Origin: Anthoceros angustus
Lineage: Eukaryota > Plantae > Anthocerotophyta
DNA: 64,000 nucleotides
Direction of reading: 5' to 3'
Assembly (NCBI GenBank): GCA_010909165.1
Contig: MU008192.1
Coordinates: 496,001 to 560,000, forward strand
A program made the position numbers and the translations under genes. The notes beneath the pieces were generated by a model. It ran no database searches and was not told where the DNA came from. It was given only the letters and a program-made list of their open reading frames with translations. How positions within the stretch are numbered: the first letter of the stretch is position 1; each line of letters opens with the position of its first letter. Positions 35,441 through 46,509 of this stretch are shown here, piece after piece.

Positions 35441-38159
35441 GCTTGTCCGCCGTAAAGCTTTGTTGTCATCAATGTCTCACTTAAAGGCTTGGGATGGAAT
35501 GTTCCAGATGCACCACGGAGGAGGGTGAACAAAGTCATCATCCCCATCCTCACCACGGATCATTTTTGTGGAAGAACTCCCCGCGGTCATCCTCGCATCG
35601 CTCCTTGGCGGAAAACAAACCACGGATTCTCGCACCCCATCTCCTTCCCCGGTGTCTTCGCCGATGCGGATTCCCATCAATGGCAGATATAAGTTCAAGT
35701 TCTGGGGTCATGGGCACCCCACGGAATGCCGGAGAGGACGCTTGTCGATGGCGACGAGCATTACCGCAATACCACTGCATGAGATGGAATCCGCCACGGA
35801 TGGGGTGGACTATTCGCCACAACATTGTCTTCACCGCAAACAAGCGCTTGTTGAAGGCAAACTTCCTGGAGTTCGGACTCGCTTTCGTTGCTCATGATCG
35901 GAAGGGCGCGGGGCCCCATTCAAGATCCATCCTTGGCTCCTCACAAGAGAGTCTCCTACCATCCGGAAATCAAAAGACCCCTTCCACACTGCTCTCGCCG
36001 CGACAACATCAATGTCGTCATTACATGGAGAAGAGACGGTGAGACGATGCAAACCCAACACTTGTTCTCAAGTACATGTTCCCCTTGATCGCACAAACGG
36101 CGAGGAATGAACTTTGTGGACGAAAAACTCGACCTCGACAACCGATGTGTGTGGCGCGCAACATTGTCGCCGCACCGAGGACTCCGCACCTCTAACCTCT
36201 GGAAATATGGTCCTCACTCTTCACAGAGCGTGGTATGACATGACATAGTCACGAAAGGTAAGGTGGAAATGCCATTATGAGCAAATAAACCGAAAGATCT
36301 TCACGTAGATCTTGGCGTCATGAGGCACACCGCCTCTTCATTGTTTTCTTGGCATTGTTCATATGTACGGCTTTTGACTTAGGGTCCTATAAATGGTTTT
36401 CCATGTAAGCATTACCTTAATTGACATTTATGGTTAGGGTTGCCAAGACATGTGTATGACGTGACCAACGGGCGTCATACTTTCGTTCAAGTGGAGAGTA
36501 ACCCCGAGAGAGATCGAGAAGTTCTTCCAGACGAACGGTGGCGGCGCCCGGATCCTCTCGAAGAAGGACTTTTGCCTCCCAAAGACGCGACTTCTCCACG
36601 CTACGCGATCCTCCGCCATTTCCTCTCGCCGATTCACATAGTCTTGATGGCCCTCCCCTGCTCGCAAATTTCCTTCAAGTTGTGCGACGATTCCTTCTTG
36701 AATTCGGCTTCCTATGGCATTGTATCTAATCTCTTGAGGATGGCAAGCGGAAGACGAAGTAGGAAGGAACGTGGAGAACTGAGGCGAACATCCCGACCCG
36801 ATGCCCAAAACCAAGAAATCCGGCCAGAAAGAAGAAGGATGGCGGAATTTCGGTGTGGATGTTGGAGAAGGCACGCCCCGGTGGAGGGGCAGATACAACG
36901 CCATCAAGCACCACCGGAGGTAATTTGTCAATTGGGCATGGGAAATCCCTAACATCCGGGAAGGCCACAACGAAGGAGAAGGCTGCAGGAGGAGACCGAG
37001 GAAGAGACCCCAGCAATCGCCGCCAAACGCCATTTAACTATGAGGATACTGCATACGGTTGGGGAGCAAGGTGGAGGCCAATGCTCGCTCGAGAAGGACC
37101 GGATGTTGACACGGATGAGGAGCCTTGAGGAGAACAATTTTGGACTCCTCTATTGAAACCGTGGGTCGAGGGTTCAAGGGGCCTTGCCAAACCAGAGCAA
37201 GGGCTGGTTCTATAATCGTGGATATGGATGGACGAGAGCACATGTTTGAGTCTGCACAACAAAGCCTTTGGTATTTGATCGGATAAGCGAAGATGAAACC
37301 ATGTACAAGGCTTATGAGGTCACCTATGGCTTCCAAAGCAAGAAGTGCACCTTCAAACCCGTGGAGGATTTGAAATGCTATGCGCCCAATGTAAGTAAAA
37401 CTTTGGAATAAGGTTTTCAAGGCGCTTGATGCAAATCGTTGTATGTTGGTTTCCATGACTTGTGCCTTCTATCTTGCCTTTCCTCAATCCTTTTTGTTTT
37501 GCGATGCTCAAGCTAGAGCAATTACGACCATATGCGGAAGATTACCGAATCCGTCATCCAAAGATAGGAGGGAAATGTCACAACAGTCGAGCCCCCGGCT
37601 GTAATGTGCATGATGGGCTCACCGCCGAGCGGTGCGCTAGTGAGCTCGGCCCATCCGATGAGGAGGATGGGTGTATACCCGACGCCCTTGGCCACTCCGA
37701 CGATGACGACTTTGAGGCGAGGATGGAAGGATGCTCCGTTTTTTCTCCTCCATGGAGGTACCCATGTCGATCTGCCAGAGGAGAGGAGGGCCCGGGCCGG
37801 CCTCCCCGCGAGTAGGAGGCCGGAGACTGGTTACACCGCACCCCAACCGGTTTCGGGTTCCCAAGGCACATGAAGGGGCCGGCCGCCGCCCACTGCACGC
37901 CTTGCAATTGTTGCGGAAGAGACGGTGGCTGAGCAGGTGGGCGGGCGAGTGCGAGCTTCTATTGAGGAACCTCCTGTGTCCGCCAGATCCGAGAGTATGG
38001 AGACAGGGGACTCGAGTGGGAGAGCAAGGCATGGTGGGCACGCCGCAACAGGGCATACCCGTCGCTCACATAGCGAGGCTCCACTGGGGAAGAGAAAGAA
38101 GAAATCCGAAGGAAACAGTGAGTGAAGCCCACCAGATAATATATAATCATCCATGATGG

Positions 38160-40391
38160 ATGAGGAAAGACTTGAAGATGCTATCCGGAATCGGACCCAT
38201 TGACAATAATCGTGACTCGCCTATGCCAAGAAAGTTGTTCAGAGATCGGTAAAGCTTGAGAATTTGAAGCCAAGATCTTTTATTACACCGATGCCCAAAT
38301 CGAGGGTGGACGAGGCATGGTCAAACTACCTAGCCCGAGTTATTTCAAGGAAGGATTGAAGGGGTTACGCCACATGCATGATTGACCCGGGAGTGCAACG
38401 ATATTAGCAAGTTGGAGTAAATTCGAAATATATTATGGGTGTACTTGGGGAACCACATATGCTATGAAGCACTTGGGATATTGCTCCGGGAAGTCCTGCT
38501 TTCAATATGTTGAAGCGCATGTATCTGTGGGCTTACGTTCGAGATGAGAGTTCTTGCAACCGACCATAACACAATGTCCGATGAAGAAAATGTCTTTTAT
38601 TGAATGTAAGATATTTACGAGATGAGCTTCTTGTCGGGATGGAGTGATGACCATGTCATGGAAGTTCAATCTTTATAAGGTTCTTGGATTAATTGAAGAT
38701 GATGAAGGCACGAAGATGGCGTACAAGCTAACAAAGTGGACAACAGGACACACATACGTGCATCTCAAGCGGAGGGCAAGGTATGGGATAATATTGATAA
38801 GATCTTTTCAAAGTGGGAAGCAAAGTAGTTACCAGAAAGAAGCACATACCGGCACCAAAGAAGGGAAGGGAAAAGGAAAGTCACAGATGATCCCAAACAC
38901 GTGGAAACAAAGTATTTCAAGCCGAAAGACATGCTCACGAAACCCTGGAAATCATTCCGTGGTATACCAAAGTGAATGGTGATTCTTCTGGTGGAAGGTA
39001 ATCGATGTGCATCCTCGATCTCAAAGGAATGGAGGACGAAATTACTTCAAGAAAGAAACCGCGCATGTTATTCAAGTGGCCATGGCTAAACATCCGGAGT
39101 GCTCATCTTCGAGGAAGTGAGGAAGGAATATCCTCTACACTGGACGACATGATTGCTCGGTTTCAAACGGCTTTTGGGAAGGTGAGATCCACCACGACAA
39201 TGAGTCGCTTTGGTTTTTTGCATTAGGGGCCGGGCCGCCTCGCCACGCCCCGCCTGAGGAATGGCACGAGAGGGGCCGGCCGCCTATCATCTTGATGCGC
39301 AGTCGGCACGGCCCGCGCCGCCGCTGGCCCGCCTACCTACGCGGCGGCGCCGCCGGCCGGCGCGTGGCATGGGCAGCCCGCAAACCAAATTTGTCGATGG
39401 AGGGTGTGGGGCCGGCCGGCCGCCTTTCACACCCTCCTTCGCCATCGTCGCTTGTTTGAATACAATAGGAATGTGGTGTCCTCGCTCTAACGTTTTTCTT
39501 TCGGCGTTCGAAAATAAAGGATGTGGAGAATTTGCAAAAGCCGGAGGATTTCAAGAACTTCATATTTGAGATTAACAACCGGAAGAGTCTTGAGGATGAG
39601 CTGCAATCGCCGACAAGGATTTGAAAGACTGATCGCACTTGTTCACCGCTCCGTGGTCCGAGAAAGAGTGTTACTATCAAGTGGAAAAAGAAACATTATG
39701 GAGATGCGGGATTCCTTGGACGGGCTTATACCCTTCTCGTTATGGATGTCCCAAGAGGCTTTGACATTGGTCCTATGGATAGTCGGTTGGATGTGCATGA
39801 TGATTTCCAAAGCTTCCAGGAGAAGACGACGGAAGAATTGTGCTCATTGTCATGCACGGAGTGGAAGAAGCTCACGTGAGAGTGTGGCAAGGGTGGAATG
39901 GTGTCCTTCGCTTGGGACAAAACAAACATGAGTAATGACAGGGTGGATTTGAGACAAGGGAGTACATAATAGCTTGCTTGGTGTGAAGGAAGGCAACAAG
40001 ACAAGGCGGCTATGACGCCCAATATTACGCAGGGACTTTTAACAATGGACGATCCGTGATTGCACATGATAATTGTGGTGAAGAAGGTGTACATGTCTCA
40101 AGACAAAATGGTGGTGTGCCCGCACCAAAGACCTCTCGGGTTGATGATGAAATTCATCAAAACATTCTCCAAAGAAGGAGATTGATTCGGATGGTTGCGC
40201 AGAAGTGGACAACAACACCGGCAAGATTGCTCGGACGCAATTCTATTGCCATAGAGGTCGACCTCACTGGTTATATCCCACAACGCATACATGGTTTCGA
40301 GGTTTTGCCGGAAGAGGAGCTCACATTCGAGGCCCACCGGAGAGGAGCAGACAATACAAAGAAGTTTGTATTAGCGAAAAAAATTGTTTGA
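38160..40391 (+). pseudogene. ParB-like domain + beta-class N4-C/N6-A DNA methyltransferase fusion, copy 1
   Basis: WVYLGNH (GNH 38448-38456), GL..EMRVLATDHNT (38562-38573), VRYLRDELL, VWDNIDKIFSKWE, PWKSFRGI, FEEVRKEYP. Then YTLLVMDVPRG (DVPRG 39745-39759), FAWDKTN (WDK 39913-39921), CPHQRPLGLMMKFIKTFSKEGD (40117-40182), DGCA/SG/TT across indels, ARLLGRNSIAIEVD (to 40262). Confidence 0.78.
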
Positions 40392-40914
40392 AAGCTCGTG
40401 GTTCCACTTAGTGCAAGGAGGATGAAAACGCAAATGTGGGACTTGCTAGAGGAAGGACAACAAACCTCGGATAATGTGCCACCGGGAGTGGTGGCGGGAC
40501 GAAGGCGACAACGCAGAAGATGATGAAGCGAAGGCCCCGCAGACCGAGCCTGATGTAGTAGAATTGAACGCATGCGCAACTGGCAGCTTGTTTTAGATTG
40601 AAGCCACCCAAGCGCAGATGAGTCTCGATCACCGCTGAGGGATCTTTGTAGAGGAAAGACTATATTCGAGGGACGGAAGAGGGGATGATATCGGGATTTT
40701 CTTTCATTACTTGTGTCAAAGCATAGCCGGGCAAGGATATTGGCTGCGCCGCCACCGCCAAGAAGCCCTCTTTGTTTTATGAATTGTGAAATATCACTGT
40801 TTTTTTCCCCTTTCGTATTTAGCATGGTGCTGTTGACGGAGGATTCGACGTATTTCGCATTTCCCGAACGGTGTCTTTTTTGTGAAGGGGGTTTCGGTTG
40901 TGCGGAAGGGGGTT

Positions 40915-40940
40915 TGTATATTAACCCCCTTCCAAGATTA
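40915..40940 (-). repeat. Right terminal inverted repeat
   Basis: TGTATATTAACCCCCTTCCAAGATTA, the exact reverse complement of 28183-28208. Confidence 0.9.
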
Positions 40941-41038
40941 TGACGTTGCTCAAAAGTCACACCTGAAGGATCTTTTTTTTTTTTTTGACCTTTCTGACAA
41001 GGCGAGTCGAGTGTTTTATCTGTATCGTTTTTTGAATC

Positions 41039-41240
41039 ATGATGTCTTCATCATCAGAAAACCTCATGTTCAATATCGAGAAGTTAGATGGTACTAACTT
41101 CCCGTTCTGGAAAGAACAAGTGTATAATGTTCTAGTGCAGAAAAAGAAGATCAAGCCCATAAAGCTGTTAGGCGTCAAACCAAATAGTATGACACAGGAT
41201 GAGTGGCAGGACCTAGATGAGCTTGCTAGATCTACTATCG
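41039..41240 (+). pseudogene. Copia gag N-terminal fragment
   Basis: MSSSENLMFNIEKLDGTNFPFWKEQVYNVLVQK..EWQDLDELARSTI, then an abrupt switch to repeat copy B. Confidence 0.85.
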
Positions 41241-43734
41241 AGGACATGGTAAGGAGGCACGACCGGGCGGCGGCGCATGCGAGAGGTAGGAACAGAGACC
41301 ACCGCCAGGAAATTGGAGGCGAGGTGGCACCGATTCGAGGCGCGAGGCGAGGGAAGTGGCTGCAGAGGCATGGCGCCCAAGATCACAACTGAAATTGTGA
41401 TCGCTCAGTGGCCAAACATGGATCATTGGAAGGTCCGAGCTGGGAATTTGGTGACAGAGCTGGGGCTTGGCTTCATGGAGAAGCATTGGAATTATGCCAA
41501 CATGGGACTAGTGCAGGAGTGCGCACGCCATCCGGGACAAGAAGATTAGAGCGCAAAAATTTCTGTGGATTGGGACTTGGAATTGGTCAGGAAAGTGTAT
41601 GAGCGTAGCAAAGAGGAGGCACGTGGTTTGGTAATCGAGTCTTCACGGAAGAAGAGCACTGGCGAGCCGCCCTCGTCAGCAAGCGTGATTTGGGAACCCA
41701 ATGGCTGGTTGACCCGAGAATTGGTATCCGTGACAAACAAGATGGGTCGGCCAAATGGCTCCTTTGTTTCTACATGTGATAAAAGTGTGGACTATTTATC
41801 GACCATTTGCTGTTTCTCCATGAAGTTGTCAAGGGGGCGAGGATCGATTGGGGGCGAATTCTTTTTGACAAGTTGTGTGAAGAGAGGTTGAATTTGATCT
41901 CCTCTTCCCCTCGTCCTTCTCTAATTACGCCATTTTTGGTTCATCTGTATGCGCACGCAACCGCCCCCGAGGTAGAATCAGGCCTCCTTCTCACATGTGG
42001 AAGCCGGTTAGGGAGGTGAAGTGGAAAGCGGAGGAGCCCAAGGAGGAAATAGAGGAGGAATCGATACCGGGAGTCCGTGGCGACGCGCCGAGAAGAGAAG
42101 GAAATTCTACCAAAGAAGAGAAAGACCGGGAGGCAAAGGGCTCAAAAAGGCAAGAGTGGACGCCACCAGTCGGGCGGCAAGGCCGCGGGAGAAAGCGAAG
42201 AAAATGAAGGCCAAACGGCAGATTGAGGTGGCGAGGAAGAGGCGCGGTCCGAGGAAGACAATTTGCCGACTGGATGCGTATGACGAACCAACCCCGGGAA
42301 TTAGGGCTGACTCAAGCGGACCTCCTCCTCAGATGGGAAGAGATTTTCAAGGAACTCCACCGGGCAAAGAGGGACGCAGAGAATTGGTTAGGTGCACCTT
42401 CGGGAAGAAAGGTGCTGGCAGGGATGGCGCGCGGCCGCCTCAACAGTGGATTTGCGTGAGCCGACCACGCCAATGATCCGCCCAAGCGGATTTGTTGGAC
42501 CAAGCCGCATTGGCCTCACATGGCTCAAGCAGTGCAAGGGGCAATGGAGGAAGTGGTGAAGGCCCGATTTGAAGAGGAGGAGGCCAAGCGCAAACAGCTG
42601 GAGGAAGACAAGCGGGGCCTAGAGGAAATGAGGGCCAAGGTTCGTGAGGAGGCGCAGGCCTGTGAGAAGTTGCCATGACGGGTCAACAGGAAGCGCTCAT
42701 GGCCCAAATCAAGGAGGCCCACGAGGCAAACCAAGAGATGCAGGGGGAATTGTTGCAGCCTGTGAGCAAGAGCCTGTGGAGAAGGCCCATGTTGGCGATG
42801 CACAAGGGAGCGGATGAGGCACGTATTTGAACCAGAAGGAAAGGAAAGGGAAGCGAAGTAGGGCCACGATCGGGTAGTGGAAGGACTACAAGGAGGAAGG
42901 AGCAACCGAGGTAGCCGAAACACCTACCGAGTTGCTGAATAGACGACGGTCGTGGAGTCCACTACCGCGGTAGCGGAAACGCTACCGACATTGCGCCCAA
43001 CCCTCAAGCGGTCATGAGCGGCGCCACAGGACGCGACGGGCACCTCGCGAGGACATGGACGTGCACTGTAGCCTACGGGAGGAGGGGTAAGCACCTCAAA
43101 GCAGGGTCCTATTTGCGGCATGGATGAGGAAACTTATGTTCCCGGTCTATATGTGAATGGGGAACGCCAAACTTCACTTCACCGTATATGTGCGTGTGGA
43201 AATAGGAGGGATCGGCCTACCCATCGCAAGTGAGGACCAAGTGGATACTTCTTCCACGCCCCGAAAGGTGGGGGGTTGGCCCCTCATTATGAGGCGACTC
43301 GGAGGAGTTAAGTGAGGAAGAAAGTGCTTGGGTGGACGGAGTCGAGAATAATCCTCAAGAATAAAGCGGCAGAAGAGGAGGAAGCTCTGGGCGGGGTATG
43401 CCTCAAATTAGACGCCCAAGAAGGATGTGAGGTGGAAGTATTGTGGGAAGACCGCCGATCGGGCAGGTGAGGGCTTATGGCGGCGCAGAGGAGGCAATAG
43501 GCGCTAAGTCGGGAAGGGCGCGCAGATAGCGAGGGCAACAGGGTGATAGCATCCTAGGGATGGAATTTGGTTAGATGTCAGACTGACCTAAGATCGCTCC
43601 GAATTGTAGGCGCGTCCCTTCACGATAGCCATCTTTAGGACCTGAAAATCTGGGGGCATGACGCCCCAGCCAATGTATAAGAGGGGCGAATTATGCCTCT
43701 CACAGCAGATAATTCCTGGTTGAGATCCCCACGC
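41241..43734 (+). mobile_element. Retroelement-like repeat, copy B
   Basis: Collinear homology with 31085-33386, e.g. GACAAGTTGTGTGAAGAGAGGTTGAA, ATGGATGAGGAAACTTATGT and GAGATCCCCACGC. Encodes RIDWGRILFDKLCEERLNLIS..ITPFLVHLY and a coiled-coil region. Confidence 0.7.
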
Positions 43735-46509
43735 TGCAGCTCTTAGTGAGTCTAGTTCTGACTTGATGGCTTTCTTCCAGTTCTCCTTTTCCGGGCAAGT
43801 GATGGCCTCTTAATAGCTAGCTGGAACAAACTGATCTATAGCTGCGGTAAGACAATATGCTAAAGTATTTTTGGGATCTTTCTAGTTAGTAGGAGAATAC
43901 CTATTTATTTTGTCAGCATTAGTACGCTGAGATCGTCTTCCCCTAGTGTCATTAGTACTATCAGGTTGTTGTGGAGGGTCCTCATAAGTATCCTCATATC
44001 CCTCCTCATGAGTATCCTCGTATCCGGCATTATCTGATGTATTTGAAATATCTGAAATAGAATAATTAGGATATATACTTCTACTTGCCTTTGGGGTGCC
44101 AGAATAATGACGAGATCTGCTTTGAGTGATGTGTGGTTGAAAACTCGGGATGTCATTTGCCGTATGTGGAGGAGAACCCGCGCCCGTTCGAGTAGGAAGG
44201 CCTGCTTGTTCGTGCCTCATGCCGTCCATGGCTGCCGCTGTGCCGCGAGAACCAGGAAGTATGCCTCCGTGAGGGAGATCTGATCCAGATGCGGCATGTG
44301 GCGGCGTCAGGAGCCCAGGGGCGCTGGTGAAGAGATCACGCGCTACCGGGTGAGGCGCGCTATTTGCCCGCAGCCATGGGTCACGCTGGCGTGCACTGCT
44401 CGATCCCCCTCGCGCTACCGGGATGTGTCTGCGCGCGCCGCACGTGCACTGAGGATGAGGCGCGCGCGCCCGCATTATAGCTGCTGCTTAGGTCGCCGTG
44501 GTGAGCGCCATGGTACCCCATTGAGACCGAGAGTCTCTCCCGCTGCCGACGGCCTTAGTGAGAGAAGCCGGGCCCGCCGCACTGACCGCTCGCAGCAGTG
44601 GCTGGTTGGAGATGGGCATCGTCGATGTCGAGCCTTGCTGTTCCCCCATCGCCCGAGGGGGCGCCTGTGGAGCCTGAGGGGGGCGGTGAGAAGTCACCGC
44701 CTGGGAGTCAAAATCAAGATGAGGTCCGTGTGGCCTGCAGAAGTGGATGGGCACTGGATGGGGAGCCGGTAAGGTGGGGCATGGGTGGAGGCGGGTGTGG
44801 GACCTGCTTGTGAGGGACAGGTGGAGGAGCGCGGTTGAGGTGCTCCGCCAGTTGATGTCGCGCCTCATCACCGCCCTCCTGCTTGTGCTGTTGGGAGTCC
44901 GGCGATGAAGCAACCATCAAGATTGGCTCATATCTTCTACGAAGATAACGTCTCGAGAGTGTGTGATCCTGTGAGTTTGTGGATGAATTAATTTGTACCC
45001 CTTCACCCCATCCGTGAATCCTATGAAGATGTACTTTTGTGCTCGATTGTCGAGCTTTGTCCGGACAGCCTTTGGGGTGTGTGCATATACTGTGGATCCA
45101 AATACTCTGAGTGTGGATAGGTCAGGTTTCGACACGGTCCAAGCTTCATAAGGTGTGATTTGTGGCAGAGAGGAGGTAAGGCTCTTGTTGAGTATGTATA
45201 CTGCATGGGACATTGCCTCTGGCCATTAGCTTTTAGATAATTGTGCGTGGATCAGCATGGATAGACCACAGTCTTGAATGGTTCTGTTCATCCGCTCTGC
45301 TACTCCATTCTGTTGGGATGTATGTGGAGTGGTAACCTGCCTGCTGATCCCGTGGTCTTTGCAAAATTGCAAGAACGGGTGCGAGTTGAATTCACCTCCT
45401 ATGATGCAAGTGATGCAAAGTTCTCTCCGGCTTGCTTTTATGCCCGCTTTTATAACTTGAGGTGTGTGAAGGATCAGGCCTTATGTTTCAATGTAGATCA
45501 CCGTGGAAACGTGAGAAGTCGCTCATGTATAAAGTAGAGGTGGCCAAAGAGTGATTCTTAAATGGGCCACAAGCCGCATGTACTAATTGTAGCCGTTGCT
45601 CGTTGTAGACCCTTTAGGAAAGGGAGAGCGATGACTTTTGCCTAGGGAGCAAGCCTCACCTATTCCAAATTCCTCAATTCTGGTAAGTGGAATGCCTTCA
45701 GCTGCCTGTGTTGATAACATGTCTTTCATCCTCTACATGTGCATATGTCCAAGGCATGCGTGCCACAAATAAGACGGATTAGTGCTTGTGGCTGCAGAGA
45801 GAGAAGAGGGGTTGACAGCTGGAGAGGTTGTGACGTTGAGGTGATATAGGTCGTCATCCTTCAAGTCCCCCGTGGCTATGAGGTCTCCTTGTGGAGTCTC
45901 AATAATGCAGTGACCTCCACCAAAGCACACGTAACAGCCGGATTGATCCACCTTCCGAACTGAGAATAAATTCTTTGTCAAGCCAGGTACCAGTAAAACC
46001 TCTAATATTTGTAGAGTAGAGTCGGGCTTGATATTCAGGTCCACTGTCCCGTGGCCTGATATAGTGTGTTTAGAGTCGTCCCTAAGGTTGACGAAATGTG
46101 GAGGTGCTGCAGGTTGGATGTGGTTGGTTGATCATTTCAAGTGAATGTTTGGTACAATGTCAGGCAGGCCCGAGGCGCCTGCTCTGATACCATGTGATTA
46201 TTCATGGAGGGTGAGCGATGGATGCCTATGGGCATTACATTATCGATAGATTACATCTGCCGTGACTTGCACTTATGTGGTGTTGAGCGAAACGTATGCT
46301 CAAGAACCATCTCCTAGATACGTTTATGTCTGTTCACATCTAAATCTACTGAACCGTGCCCTAATGGCCTTAATACTACTATTCTTAATAGCAAGCACTG
46401 TAAAATTCATATCCAGATCCGCACGAACAACATTTGCAAAGGCTGCAGCAAACATACATACGTTCAAGGCGATGGGATGGATCACAATATTAATGTTCAA
46501 GTGATCACA
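43735..46509 (-). mobile_element. Ty1/copia element, gag-deleted and truncated at the start of RT
   Basis: 5' LTR 46509-46193 (TGTGAT...ATCACA); PBS TGGTATCAGAGC 46192-46181; LWHACLGH; integrase AEAMSHAVYILN..TPYEAW..LRVFGS..KLDNRA; RT start WKKAIKSELDSL, cut at 43735. Confidence 0.88.
46193..46509 (-). repeat. 5' LTR (317 bp) of the minus-strand copia element
   Basis: TG...CA ends with a 6-bp terminal inverted repeat, directly followed by the PBS. Confidence 0.7.

Larger units (their letters stand above)
28183..40940. mobile_element. TIR-bounded DNA transposon (Sola-like DDE transposase) with cargo ParB-like/amino-methyltransferase gene and nested insertion
   Basis: Perfect 26-bp inverted repeats at both ends, subterminal AAGGGGGTT repeats, transposase on minus, divergent second gene on plus. 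Confidence 0.75.
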
